64,000 nucleotides of DNA, from the NCBI GenBank assembly GCA_049319825.1, contig JBMORT010000006.1:235641-299640 (forward strand), given 5' to 3'. The translations under genes and the position numbers were made by a program. Within the stretch, counting starts at the first letter, position 1. Every line of letters starts with the position of its first letter. This stretch comes from Patescibacteria group bacterium. GTDB lineage: Bacteria > Patescibacteriota > Patescibacteriia > UBA11705 > DATKZF01. A model generated the notes under the pieces. It did no database searches. It saw only the letters and a list, made by a program, of their open reading frames with translations, and was not told the origin of the DNA. This document shows positions 1-10,482 of this stretch, in pieces.

Positions 1-13
1 ATCGGCTGAAAAA

Positions 14-3000
14 ATGCCGCATGACGAGAAGTTTTTATATCTGGAAGAAGGCATCCGGACCGGCCAAGTCACTGAACAGCAGCTGATGTCCCTGATCGAC
101 CGGGCAAATGAAGATGACGGTGAGCTGTGGCTCGAGTTTGACCAAGAATTGCTGGATTACCTGCTCACGGCCTATCCGCAGCCCGAAAAGTTCGCGAATT
201 TTATCCTCAGTCATGAAGGGATTGATGCGGACGAATATCCGGATGTCCAGGAAGTTTTAAAATGTTTTGAAATGGTCGATCGAGAAAACAAAGAAAGTAA
301 AAAAGACGCTTGGTTTTCTAGTTATAATAAACAAACGATGCGCGACGCCTGGATAAAAATAATGAGCAATATGTCAACCGAGCAAAGCGACAAGCTGATG
401 GATTTTATCGCGCGCCTCAGCCAACAAAATTTTGACAAATATCAGGTGCTGATCGATCCACTATTTAAGAATTACGATCTCAGAGAGCGGAAGAAAAAGA
501 CCGTCTATAAAAAACGGCAGCGCCGAAAAGAAGAAGTTGAAGGCAATGTGGTCAGGCTAAATGACAATCTTTGGCGCTTGCTGCCGCGCTTTGTCGAACT
601 CAAAGATTTGTACGGTCATGACGAATACATAAAAAAATACATCGAATTGCGAAAACGATTTCACGATGACCACCTAGCTGATGCCGAGGTGATTGATGAG
701 CTGAGAAAGCAGCACCCGAAAGAATCGAAAATCGAAATTCGAAAACGGTTTGTTAATAAACGAAGGGAAATATCGCGCGCGGCCTTTGAAAATATATATG
801 AAGAAATGACGCCGAGGGAAAGGGGACAATATTTCTACAAAATTTTCAGGGAAGAGGTCTGGAGTGAGATTTCCGACACGGTGAGGGAGGGAAAATTCAA
901 GCTTGACGAAATGGAATTTACCGAAAAGGAAAAAGATTTTTTGATCAGAAAATCGCACGACGAACCCGATTTACTGCTCGCCGTTTTCGACTTGATTAAA
1001 CGCGACAGGGGAGCAAAGTATTTGCAGCAGATCATTTTAAATTACATTCAAAGCGGCAGCGAGCTCGTCAGTCATTTAATCCAGACCGGAAATTTCGATA
1101 CGTTCGATAAAAAGACCCAGAAAGCTTTATGCGATGCCGAGATTGCCAGCGTCGAATACGTAATTTCAGATAAATTGTTACAGTTTTCCGGCCATTTGGA
1201 TGTTTTCGATATTAAAAAGTGGTTTGAAAAAATTGCTCGCGACGCTGACATTTCATTGTTGTTAGCCGCTGATAAGGTTTTTAATTTGATTAAGCGGCAT
1301 CCCGAGAGCGGCTTGACCAAAGAGCAGGTCAATCAGACGCTGCGACAAATAATAATTAATTCGCCGGTGGCGGCGATCAGCAAGCCCGGAGTCCGGCTGA
1401 TGCGCGAGATTTATCCCGAGAAAGAAGCGCAGCTTAAGCTGTACAGAAAAGTCGCGTCCAGCTCGGCTTACGGTCTGCTTAAATATTTAAGCTATTTGGA
1501 GGATGGCGAGGCGCCGGAGCTTGACCGCCGATTTTTACTCGAGCAGGTCAATAAATTGTATTTTGATTTTAGAATGCATGACTGGAATCTAAAAGGGATT
1601 AACAAGCTGCTCGGCGGCGTCGCGGGGGTGATGCGGTTTGTCTATGATCACATCAGCGGCATCAATCCGGAAATCGCGGCGTATTTGATTAACGTGCATT
1701 ACCGGGAGGCCCTGTCGATATGCGGCAAGATTTTGGATTATTATGTGGATAAAAATCCCTCAGCCGTTCTGCAAATTTCCAGTGAATTCATCGGCCGTAA
1801 AAAGAACGACAATCGATTCGTTTTAAATCGGATCGAGCAAGTGCTGAAAAGGAATCCGGACATGGTGGCGTCGGAATCAATATTGCGCGGCTTGAATGAT
1901 TTCATCGACATTCCCGAAGTCGGCGCTTATTTAAAAAAGAACATTAAAGAGATAATATCGCGCAATCCCACGTTCACTTCGCAAAATGCCCGAATTTACT
2001 TAAATTATATTTCCGAGGAAGAATTCCTGGAAATAATTCAAAGCCAGGAGGCGGTGTATGCCGGTTATGTGATCGACCGGAAATCTCCTTTGCTGGCCGC
2101 TTTTCCGCAATTGAATCGCGTAAAGATATTATCAAAATACCCGCATGTACTCTATGAAAGTGGATTTTATAAATACCGCATCGAAGAGAATTTGCCTGAA
2201 GTTTATGAGCAGAATCCGCTGGATTTTTTAATGAATAGCCTAAAAGATAAAGCGTTTTATGGATTTTGGAGACAAAAGCTAGAAAAAGAAGCCCACAGAT
2301 TACAAAAGAGCGGCGCTGTCAGAATCAGCCCGACGATTGAAAGTTTGGCGGAAAAAGTGTGCGTGTTATCGGGCAGCCGCTATGCCGGCCGGATTGCCGA
2401 TGAGATTGGCAGTATTTCCGGAGAATCCGACAGGGAAAAATATCTGGATATGGCCTTTAATGTCATTAATTTGGGGCTGGAAAGTAAAATCAATGCTCGG
2501 GGGCGCATTTTGACGCAGCTGATTTCTCTTTTACGAGGCGAAGCAGATAATGTCTTTGGCATCAGCGCGGAAAATGTCGATGAGACCAGCGTTATCTTTA
2601 AAGAAATGGAGCCGTTTTTGACTCATTTTAGAAATCAGGGGAACATTGTCGAAGTCAGGCAGCTGATGAGGGAAGTCATCGACGCTGAACTAAACGGAGT
2701 ATTTTACAATTGGCGGTTTTGGGACGCAAAAAAGCCAGCGCTCGGCGAGACGGACAAGGAAGCCGGTCTGAAAAACCTGAAGCAAAAAGGTTTGCTCCCC
2801 GACAAATTGACCATGGCGCAATATGAAGAATGGATCGCCGAAGATTCCTCGAGCCTGGCTGAAAGTTTTTCCTATGAAATCAATGAAGTGCGGGAAGAGC
2901 TATTCAATATCTTGCGTTACTCTCTGGATAATAGTCACGCGGAATTGTCCATGAGCGAATTTTCCATTGACGAGGCGCAGCTGCGGTTTTTATTGGCGGA

Positions 3001-3889
3001 CGATAATATGCGCAATATCAACGTTGAACTCAGTCAGATCAGAAAAATTATCGCCCAAAATAAGCAGCGGGCAAAAGAAGGCCAAAAGCCGCTCGAATAT
3101 GACGAGGACAGGCTCGAAGCGCTGACCGAGCAATTCGAGCTGGCCAAGGAGGAGCTGAACCAAAGAAAAATCAGGTCGTTTATTTCAAGGATTATCCATC
3201 TTACAGCCCGGGAAGTCCTTGACGGCGGGGTGTATTTAAAAGGCGTGGCGGAAAATAAAGGCGCGGGGCCGTTTGTCCCTTTCGGCAAGGTTTTTGCTTT
3301 TTTAAGAAATGCTTATTCGTCCAACCAGGCTTTTCACGACGATCTGGACAGGATGGAGAACGTCATCGCTCAGTACCGGGCGCAAGAAGCGGGAGAAGGC
3401 CTTGGTAAGGAGGAGTACACTTTCACTGACACCGCGGACATATTAACCATGATCAAAATCGGAGCGGATCCGGTGGCCTCCTGCCAGAGCTATAAAAGCG
3501 AATCCAGCTACGCCACCAGCCTGATGTCTTACGTCGCTGATCCCAATACCAAAGCGTTTATTGTCAAAAAGCCGGACGGATCACTGGTGGCCAGGGCGAT
3601 CGCCAGATTATTAAGCGATGAGGGGGGTAATCCATTCATTGTGCTTGAACCCATGTACTCGGTGAATACTCATCCGCGGCTGCAGGTTTTATTGGCCAAT
3701 GTGGTCAAGCAGAAGGCCGCAAAGCTCGGAATCAAAGCCGTTGTCAGCCGCGGCGGCTATCCTGCCGGCGGTGAACCGGCGCCGGTATTATACAGCCGTG
3801 GCAGCAGGAATATTAATACTTATGTTGACAATATCGGCTCCAAAGCTTATAAGGGAAAATACCAGATCGCGTATGGAATTGAGCTGTAA
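14..3889 (+). CDS. Large hypothetical protein (1291 aa), mostly helical, with a distinct C-terminal G-x-D-P-x-x-S-C-Q ... G-x-x-x-A-R domain
   Basis: Long uninterrupted ORF followed by a terminator; no family recognised; no obvious signal peptide. Confidence 0.85.
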   Translation: MPHDEKFLYLEEGIRTGQVTEQQLMSLIDRANEDDGELWLEFDQELLDYLLTAYPQPEKFANFILSHEGIDADEYPDVQEVLKCFEMVDRENKESKKDAWFSSYNKQTMRDAWIKIMSNMSTEQSDKLMDFIARLSQQNFDKYQVLIDPLFKNYDLRERKKKTVYKKRQRRKEEVEGNVVRLNDNLWRLLPRFVELKDLYGHDEYIKKYIELRKRFHDDHLADAEVIDELRKQHPKESKIEIRKRFVNKRREISRAAFENIYEEMTPRERGQYFYKIFREEVWSEISDTVREGKFKLDEMEFTEKEKDFLIRKSHDEPDLLLAVFDLIKRDRGAKYLQQIILNYIQSGSELVSHLIQTGNFDTFDKKTQKALCDAEIASVEYVISDKLLQFSGHLDVFDIKKWFEKIARDADISLLLAADKVFNLIKRHPESGLTKEQVNQTLRQIIINSPVAAISKPGVRLMREIYPEKEAQLKLYRKVASSSAYGLLKYLSYLEDGEAPELDRRFLLEQVNKLYFDFRMHDWNLKGINKLLGGVAGVMRFVYDHISGINPEIAAYLINVHYREALSICGKILDYYVDKNPSAVLQISSEFIGRKKNDNRFVLNRIEQVLKRNPDMVASESILRGLNDFIDIPEVGAYLKKNIKEIISRNPTFTSQNARIYLNYISEEEFLEIIQSQEAVYAGYVIDRKSPLLAAFPQLNRVKILSKYPHVLYESGFYKYRIEENLPEVYEQNPLDFLMNSLKDKAFYGFWRQKLEKEAHRLQKSGAVRISPTIESLAEKVCVLSGSRYAGRIADEIGSISGESDREKYLDMAFNVINLGLESKINARGRILTQLISLLRGEADNVFGISAENVDETSVIFKEMEPFLTHFRNQGNIVEVRQLMREVIDAELNGVFYNWRFWDAKKPALGETDKEAGLKNLKQKGLLPDKLTMAQYEEWIAEDSSSLAESFSYEINEVREELFNILRYSLDNSHAELSMSEFSIDEAQLRFLLADDNMRNINVELSQIRKIIAQNKQRAKEGQKPLEYDEDRLEALTEQFELAKEELNQRKIRSFISRIIHLTAREVLDGGVYLKGVAENKGAGPFVPFGKVFAFLRNAYSSNQAFHDDLDRMENVIAQYRAQEAGEGLGKEEYTFTDTADILTMIKIGADPVASCQSYKSESSYATSLMSYVADPNTKAFIVKKPDGSLVARAIARLLSDEGGNPFIVLEPMYSVNTHPRLQVLLANVVKQKAAKLGIKAVVSRGGYPAGGEPAPVLYSRGSRNINTYVDNIGSKAYKGKYQIAYGIEL

Positions 3890-3914
3890 AGAGCGCCAAA
3901 CGAAAAATTAATCA

Positions 3915-3940
3915 GTCCCGCTTCGCGGGACGCTTTTTTT
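3915..3940 (+). terminator. Intrinsic terminator
   Basis: GTCCCG-cttcg-CGGGAC stem followed by a T7 run. Confidence 0.75.
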
Positions 3941-4003
3941 ACTCAATTTACCCCCAAAAGGATTTGATTTTATGGCTGATTTTTGATAAAATACAGGCAC
4001 TTT

Positions 4004-5089
4004 ATGAAAAAAGTCCTGCATTTAATCACCGGCCTTGAGCCTTATGGAGGAGCTGAAAAAATGCTGCTGAAAACTTTGCCATACCTTAAAAAGACTGAAA
4101 ACATGGTTTGCTGCGTGACCGGCCACGGCTCCATCGGCTCTGAGCTCGAGCGCAGCGGCGTTCCGGTGCGCTATTTAAATGTCCAAAGCAAATTTGATCC
4201 GCGGGTCGTTTGGCGTTATCGGAGCGTGATCAAAGAGTATGCGCCGGATCTGCAGGTCAATTACCTGATTCACGCCGATTTATTCGGCAGAATATTCGCC
4301 AAGCTGTTCGGAGTTAAAAAAGTGATCGCCTATATTCGAAACAAGCATTTGGATTTGCCCCTGTTATTGAAGCTGGACAAATTGACTTTGAGAAAAATCG
4401 ACTTTTTCCTGTTTAATTCAAACGCGGTAAAAAATTTTTACATTGAAAAGCTTGGGATTTCGGCAGATAAAACAAAATGCATTCCCAACGGAATTGATCT
4501 TTCGAAGTTTGCAATTGAATTTGACAGGATGGCGAAGAGAAAAGAGCTTGGGCTGGCCGGCGATGATTTTGTGATAATAAACATTGCCCGGCTTTATCCG
4601 AGCAAGCGGCAGATTGATATTTTGCGGGCAATGCGAAAAATCGGCAACCCGAAAATAAAATATATTCAAGTGAGCGTCGGCGATGAAGAAGACGTTTTAA
4701 AAACATTTGTTGAAGAGAATGGTCTTCAAAATCAGGTGAAATTTTTGGGATATCGAAATGATATTGTCGAACTTTTAAGAACAGCTGACTTGTATATTTC
4801 CGCTTCGACTCATGAAGGCATGAGCAACTCATTGCTTGAGGCAATGGCCAGCGGCCTGCCGTGCGTTGTTTCCGATATTCCCGAAAATGCCGAGCTGATT
4901 AAAAATAAGCAAAATGGCATTACTTTTAAAGCGGAAGATTCCGATGATCTGGCAATGAAGCTGAAAGAAGCGATTGAAAATTTGGAAAAGATGAAAGAGT
5001 TTGGAAAAAAAGCCAGGAGAACGGTTGAGGGAAATTATAATATAAATAAAATTATTACTCTGCTTGATGAGTTTCTGTGCGAATTTTAA
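4004..5089 (+). CDS. Glycosyltransferase family 4 (GT-B)
   Basis: N-terminal GGAEK, IPNGID, C-terminal EGMSNSLLEAMASGLP; ATG 4004 preferred over TTG 3983. Confidence 0.92.
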   Translation: MKKVLHLITGLEPYGGAEKMLLKTLPYLKKTENMVCCVTGHGSIGSELERSGVPVRYLNVQSKFDPRVVWRYRSVIKEYAPDLQVNYLIHADLFGRIFAKLFGVKKVIAYIRNKHLDLPLLLKLDKLTLRKIDFFLFNSNAVKNFYIEKLGISADKTKCIPNGIDLSKFAIEFDRMAKRKELGLAGDDFVIINIARLYPSKRQIDILRAMRKIGNPKIKYIQVSVGDEEDVLKTFVEENGLQNQVKFLGYRNDIVELLRTADLYISASTHEGMSNSLLEAMASGLPCVVSDIPENAELIKNKQNGITFKAEDSDDLAMKLKEAIENLEKMKEFGKKARRTVEGNYNINKIITLLDEFLCEF

Positions 5090-5158
5090 TTACGAGATGT
5101 ACGAGATTTGTATACAAGATAGTACAAGAAAACCAAATGAATTGATATTTTTATAAAT

Positions 5159-6271
5159 ATGAGGTTTTTAATCATCGCCCCGAGATACCATATTAACCTT
5201 CACGACCGGATAAAAGCGCTGCAAAAGGCCGGCCATTCAGTTGATCTGATTGTCCAATACAAGGGAAAGTCAGAAAAATACGACTTGATAGAGCCGCAAG
5301 TGATCGGCTACGCGAAATTTTATTTATTTATCGATAAATTTTTAAAAATATTTCAAAAAAGTAATTTAAAAAATTCATGGCAGCTAAAGCTGTCATATCC
5401 TCCTTTGAAAACTTTCAGAAATAAAATAAAAGAAATAAATCCTGACGCAATGATCATCAAAGGATTGAAAAGCTTGTTTTCACTATGCGCGCTTCGTTAC
5501 GCTAAAAAATTTGGCATCAAGTCGATTGTTTTTATTCAGCGGGATCGATTTCGTTGTCAAAGCTTGAAAGAAAAATTTATCTGCTGGCTTTTATTCAAAC
5601 ATTATAAAGTCAAAGCAGTCGCTTCTCCTATTTGTAAAATGGATGGGATTGACAAGCAAAGCCATGAGAAATTTCATTATATTCCTTTTGTTTACGATAT
5701 TATTGACTTTGAAAAATCATATTTTAAAGACGGTAAAATAAATATTTTAAATATTGGCAAATTTGATAAAATTAAAGATCATTTGACGCTTTTGAAAGCA
5801 ATTGAGAAATTAAGAAGCTTTTATCCGATAAAAGTTGTATTGGTCGGTGAAAAAGCTGATCCGAGCTATGTTTTGAAATTAATGGATTTTGTCAAAGAAA
5901 AAAGAATGGAAGATATTGTAGAGTTTAAGTTTGAAGTGCCGCATAATCAGGTGATTGATTTGTACCGGCAGAGCGATTTGTTTGTTTTAACCAGCTATCA
6001 GGACCCGGCATCACTCCAGCCCTTGGAAGCAATGGCCAATAAAGTGCCGGTGATTTCCAGCGATAAAAACGGCACCAAATGTTATATCAAAGAAGCCGAG
6101 AATGGCTATATTTTCAAGAGCCAAGATGTCGATGATTTGGCGCGAAAAATTGAAAGCGTGATTGATGACAAGGATGATGTGATTAATATGGGCAAGGCCG
6201 GGTTTGAGATGGCTAGGGCAAAGCATTTATTGAATTTATTTGAAGAAAAGATTAAAGAAATAATTACATGA
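5159..6271 (+). CDS. Glycosyltransferase family 4
   Basis: IGKFDKIKD, SDLFVLTS, LEAMANKVPVISS motifs. Confidence 0.9.
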   Translation: MRFLIIAPRYHINLHDRIKALQKAGHSVDLIVQYKGKSEKYDLIEPQVIGYAKFYLFIDKFLKIFQKSNLKNSWQLKLSYPPLKTFRNKIKEINPDAMIIKGLKSLFSLCALRYAKKFGIKSIVFIQRDRFRCQSLKEKFICWLLFKHYKVKAVASPICKMDGIDKQSHEKFHYIPFVYDIIDFEKSYFKDGKINILNIGKFDKIKDHLTLLKAIEKLRSFYPIKVVLVGEKADPSYVLKLMDFVKEKRMEDIVEFKFEVPHNQVIDLYRQSDLFVLTSYQDPASLQPLEAMANKVPVISSDKNGTKCYIKEAENGYIFKSQDVDDLARKIESVIDDKDDVINMGKAGFEMARAKHLLNLFEEKIKEIIT

Positions 6272-7092
6272 AAGAGATTTGCGGGGATAATTTCGGAGAA
6301 AATAAATTAACAATCGGCAATCGAGTAAAATATCTTTTGTTAAATTTTTTCAGAGGCATCAACGGCTACAGAAAGCGATTGAAAAGCAAATATTGGACGC
6401 CGATTAAATTCATAGCCAATAGTTCCTCGCCGTCTAGGCAATATATTGATAATTTTTTAATGCATAAATTTCCAGAAATATTTCCGAGAAAGGAAATAAA
6501 AGTGCTGGATATCGGCTGCGGATCCGGATATGTGAGGGAAATTTTAAATAAACTCGGTTATGAAGTTGATTATACGGGAGTCGATGTCTATCGGCATGAG
6601 CAGTTTGATGATTTCAACCGATTTTGCGTGAAGCCAAGATTTATCCAATCCGAAATAGAAAACCTAGATTTGGATGAAAAATACGATTTAATAATTTCAA
6701 TCAGCGCGCTGGAGCATATCAAGGATGATAAGCTGGCAGTGGAAAAATCCGAGCGGCTGCTGAATCCCGGCGGCGTGGTGATTCATATAGTGCCGTCGTT
6801 TTGGGCTTTATTTCTGTATTTATGGCATGGATATCGGCAGTACACGCCGGCGTTAATTAATAAATTATTCGCGAATAGAGATATTACGGCGTATCGGCTG
6901 GGCGGATTCCTTTCATTTGGCGCGCATTGGGCGCTGATAACCATTCCGGAATTTTTTTCTTCCCAAAATATCAGGCAAACCGGCTTTTATAAAAACTATA
7001 TATATTTTTCGGCGAAATTCGATAAATTTTTGCCGGTTGGATCAACCATTTGGGCTATTGTTTATAAATATGGAAATAACAAAAATATTTAG
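6268..7092 (+). CDS. Class I SAM-dependent methyltransferase
   Basis: VLDIGCGSG, YDLIISISALEHI, LNPGG; ATGA overlap with the upstream gene. Confidence 0.9.
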   Translation: MKEICGDNFGENKLTIGNRVKYLLLNFFRGINGYRKRLKSKYWTPIKFIANSSSPSRQYIDNFLMHKFPEIFPRKEIKVLDIGCGSGYVREILNKLGYEVDYTGVDVYRHEQFDDFNRFCVKPRFIQSEIENLDLDEKYDLIISISALEHIKDDKLAVEKSERLLNPGGVVIHIVPSFWALFLYLWHGYRQYTPALINKLFANRDITAYRLGGFLSFGAHWALITIPEFFSSQNIRQTGFYKNYIYFSAKFDKFLPVGSTIWAIVYKYGNNKNI

Positions 7093-7765
7093 AAAATATC
7101 CGTATAGTGATCGCGAGAGCCGCAATAAATTCATCGCCGCCGAATTCGGTCAATGGCTTGGAGCGAGTGTCTTAAATATCGGCGGCGGGGGGCGGCATCA
7201 TTTAAAAAAATACCTAGCGGCAGATAAACAATATTTTGAATTGGATATTGACGGCGATCCGGATTTGAAAATTAACTTGGAGACGGATTTGCCGCTGCCG
7301 GTTGCGGACCGGCAGTATCAAACAGTCGTTTGCACCGACGTTCTGGAACATCTCGATAATTTGCATCGAGTTTTTGGCGAAATCGTCAGGATCTCCGGAA
7401 AATACATCATTTTATCCCTGCCAAACGCTTTTGCCGATTGCCCGTCATATTTTTTAGGGAAACCATATCAAAATGATTCCATCGAGAGAAAAAAACATTT
7501 CGGAAAATACATGAAATATTACGGGCTGCCCTATGAACCGCCGCCGGATCGCCATAAGTGGTTTTTTAGCTTTACTGAAGCTGAAGAATTCATCGATTAT
7601 CAAATCCATAAATACAATTTAAAATTAGTCACTGCAATGGCGATCGAAAGGGAATCGAATTTGCCGGGGCGAGTGGCGACAAGATTATTATGTTTGTTAG
7701 GAGGTCGAAACTTAGGGAAAGATTTATCCTTAAAAACAATATGGTGCGTTTTTGAAAGACAATAA
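7070..7765 (+). CDS. Class I SAM-dependent methyltransferase
   Basis: VLNIGGGG, VVCTDVLEHL, LSLPN; ATG 7070 preferred over TTG 7037. Confidence 0.85.
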   Translation: MEITKIFRKYPYSDRESRNKFIAAEFGQWLGASVLNIGGGGRHHLKKYLAADKQYFELDIDGDPDLKINLETDLPLPVADRQYQTVVCTDVLEHLDNLHRVFGEIVRISGKYIILSLPNAFADCPSYFLGKPYQNDSIERKKHFGKYMKYYGLPYEPPPDRHKWFFSFTEAEEFIDYQIHKYNLKLVTAMAIERESNLPGRVATRLLCLLGGRNLGKDLSLKTIWCVFERQ

Positions 7766-7767
7766 AT

Positions 7768-8418
7768 ATGTTAAATATTTTGGAAAAAATTTTTGTCTGG
7801 CTGCATAACTTTTCGTATAAAGCGATTTCGAAAATCGCGATTAAAAAAAATAATGGCATTCATCCTAAGCATGAGATTTTAGGATACCATCAATTTTTTG
7901 TTGATAATGTCGCGGCCGGCGATGCTGTTTTGGATATCGGCTGCGGCAATGGGCTTTTAGCCGGCAGTATCGCTCAAAAAGCGAAAAAAGTGGTTGGTAT
8001 TGATATTGTCCGTAAAAATATTGAAAATGCTCAGGCCCACAATAAGTCTGATAATCTGGAATTTATTTTAGGAAATGCGATCGTTTATGAGTTTAATGAA
8101 AAATTTGATAAGATTGTTTTGTCAAACGTATTGGAACATATTGAGAACAGGATAGATTTTTTAATAAAAACAGGTCGTTTGAGTGATTTAATTTTAATTC
8201 GAGTGCCCCTGATCAATAGAGACTGGCTGGCGGTTTACAAAAAAGAAAATGGACATGAATATCGGCTGGATAAAACTCATTTTATCGAATATACTGTTGA
8301 TAGTTTGAGAAAAGAATTAACTCAAGCTGGGTGGAATTTGGATTCTTATTCGATTCAGTTTGGCGAGCTATGGGGAGTGTTAAAAAAATGTGAATGTTAT
8401 AAAAAAGAAAACTATTGA
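7768..8418 (+). CDS. Class I SAM-dependent methyltransferase
   Basis: VLDIGCGNG, FDKIVLSNVLEHI. Confidence 0.9.
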   Translation: MLNILEKIFVWLHNFSYKAISKIAIKKNNGIHPKHEILGYHQFFVDNVAAGDAVLDIGCGNGLLAGSIAQKAKKVVGIDIVRKNIENAQAHNKSDNLEFILGNAIVYEFNEKFDKIVLSNVLEHIENRIDFLIKTGRLSDLILIRVPLINRDWLAVYKKENGHEYRLDKTHFIEYTVDSLRKELTQAGWNLDSYSIQFGELWGVLKKCECYKKENY

Positions 8419-9637
8419 AGTGCTGCGGCGACTACAGGGGTGGACTAAAACCGACATGGTTTATTTGGCCAAAGGCTGTTTTTGGCTTACATTTGGGCAG
8501 GCGATAACAGCCGTGTCCAGTTTTTTATTGGCGATCGCCTTTGCCAATTTATTATCTCCGGAAGAGTACGGCATGTATAAATACGTGCTGTCCGCAGTAA
8601 TTATTTTATCAATTCCAACTCTGGACGGGATGAACTCGGCCATTGTCCGGGCCGTGGTCAGGGGATTCGACGGCTCGGTCAAGCCGATCATCAAGCTTAG
8701 GATACGCTGGGGTTTGTTCGGCGGGCTGGCCAGTTTGGCTTTTGCCGGATATTATTGGTATGTGGGTCAGAGTTCTTTGGCGATCGCTTTTTTGATTGTC
8801 AGCGCATTCGTGCCATTTCTTGATTCCATAAATTTGTACACCGGCTTTTTAATGGACAGAAAAGAGTTCAAAACGTTGTCAATTTACAATGTCATCATTT
8901 CCGTCGGCGCGGCGATCGTTGTGGCCGGGACGTTGTTTTTTACAAAAAATATATTTTTTCTGATATTCGCGTATTTTTTTTCCAATACATTGCTCAGACT
9001 GATTATAACTTTGGTTACGTTAAAAAAATATCAACTAAACGACCGCCGCGAAGCAGATACGGTCAGCTATGGCAAGCACCTGAGCTTGATGGGAATAATA
9101 TTAAAAATCGCTGATCAGCTGGATAAGGTTTTGATTTTTAATTTTTTGGGCGCGGCGCAGGTGGCGGTTTATTCATTCGCCATTTTGCCGGTGCAGGAAG
9201 CGCGGCTGCCGCTGAGGAATTTGGGAGTGATTTCCCAGCCCAAGTTCAGCCAGCGGAGCATCGCCGAGCTTAAAAAGCATCTGCCGCCGAAGATGCTGAA
9301 ATTTTTTCTGGTACTGGTATTTTTCGTGGCCACTTACATTATTTTTTCTCCAATTATATTTAAAGTATTTTTTCCGCAGTATTTGGATTCAGTGGCGTAT
9401 TCCCAGGTTTATTCCTTATCGCTTTTGTTTTTTCCGGCCATGTTTTTGCTTAGAGTATTGATCGCTCACGCTCAAAAGCGGCAATTATACTGGCTGAGAA
9501 TTGCCGTTCCGGCATTTAAAGTGATTTTCTTTTTCATTGCATTGCCAGTTTGGGGCATCTGGGGCGCGATCGCGTCGCAGCTTGCCGCTGAAGCGGCCAA
9601 TGCCGGCTTGCTAATATATTATTTTAATAAATTGTAG
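8390..9637 (+). CDS. wzx: Wzx-type oligosaccharide flippase
   Basis: About 12 hydrophobic segments, LLSPEEYGMY, DKVLIFNFLG..VAVYS, WGIWGA. Confidence 0.85.
   Translation: MNVIKKKTIEVLRRLQGWTKTDMVYLAKGCFWLTFGQAITAVSSFLLAIAFANLLSPEEYGMYKYVLSAVIILSIPTLDGMNSAIVRAVVRGFDGSVKPIIKLRIRWGLFGGLASLAFAGYYWYVGQSSLAIAFLIVSAFVPFLDSINLYTGFLMDRKEFKTLSIYNVIISVGAAIVVAGTLFFTKNIFFLIFAYFFSNTLLRLIITLVTLKKYQLNDRREADTVSYGKHLSLMGIILKIADQLDKVLIFNFLGAAQVAVYSFAILPVQEARLPLRNLGVISQPKFSQRSIAELKKHLPPKMLKFFLVLVFFVATYIIFSPIIFKVFFPQYLDSVAYSQVYSLSLLFFPAMFLLRVLIAHAQKRQLYWLRIAVPAFKVIFFFIALPVWGIWGAIASQLAAEAANAGLLIYYFNKL
9323..9439 (+). repeat. 117-bp direct repeat, copy 1 (inside wzx)
   Basis: TTCGTGGCCACTTACATT...TTTTCCGGCC matches 10722-10838 with one mismatch. 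Confidence 0.95.
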
Positions 9638-9641
9638 GATT

Positions 9642-10478
9642 ATGATAAATAAAGAAATCTCTGATATAATTTTATCGCGGCTGAGTGAAGATAGTCTCGT
9701 TTTGGACATCGGCGGCGGCCGAATGCCGTGGTTTCGGGCGAATTATATCATCGATAAAAGAAGGTACGAAAATAGAGTCGGAGATGTTGCTTTTGGAGGC
9801 CGCGAAGAACAAAAGCAGCATTTCAATAAAGACACTTGGATTGAGCATGATTTTTATGATTTGCCTTGGCCGTTTGAGGATGGTTTTTTCGATTTTTCCG
9901 TATGCATGGGGACCCTAGAGGACTTGAGGGATCCTTTGGTTATTTGCCAGGAGATTCAACGAGTTTCAAAAGCGGGGTATATTTCAACTCCCACCAGGGC
10001 GGCGGAAAGTTTTTTTAATTTAAGCTTGGATCCAAGATCGAATAATTTACCAGGCTATTTCCACCATCGGTGGTTCGTGGAAATATTGAACGGTGGTTTA
10101 ATTTTTACGATGAAGACCCCGCTTATTATCCAGCATAAAAGATGGCAGGTAAAAAAATTCAAGCAGCACACGCTTAATTTTTTCTGGGATAAAAATTTTC
10201 AATATAAAGAACATTATGTCGGTGACCACGCCGAAGCGCTGAGAGATCTAAAAAATTTTTATCAGGATCATAAAAATTGGCTTAAAAATTTTGATGAAAG
10301 CAATATTGAAACTCTGAAAAGATACAATTATTGGCCTGACGGATGGGAGAAGTGGCCCGCATTTCAATCCATGTTCAATCCGATTGAAAAAAAGCTGGAC
10401 AATAGATTGAAGGTAAAATTCATTGATGCTTTAAGTAAAAAAATATTCATTAAAATTAATTCGATGAGAAAGAAATAA
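9642..10478 (+). CDS. SAM-dependent methyltransferase domain protein
   Basis: VLDIGGG, PWPFEDGFFDF, TLEDLRDP, HHRW. Confidence 0.85.
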   Translation: MINKEISDIILSRLSEDSLVLDIGGGRMPWFRANYIIDKRRYENRVGDVAFGGREEQKQHFNKDTWIEHDFYDLPWPFEDGFFDFSVCMGTLEDLRDPLVICQEIQRVSKAGYISTPTRAAESFFNLSLDPRSNNLPGYFHHRWFVEILNGGLIFTMKTPLIIQHKRWQVKKFKQHTLNFFWDKNFQYKEHYVGDHAEALRDLKNFYQDHKNWLKNFDESNIETLKRYNYWPDGWEKWPAFQSMFNPIEKKLDNRLKVKFIDALSKKIFIKINSMRKK

Positions 10479-10482
10479 GGTT

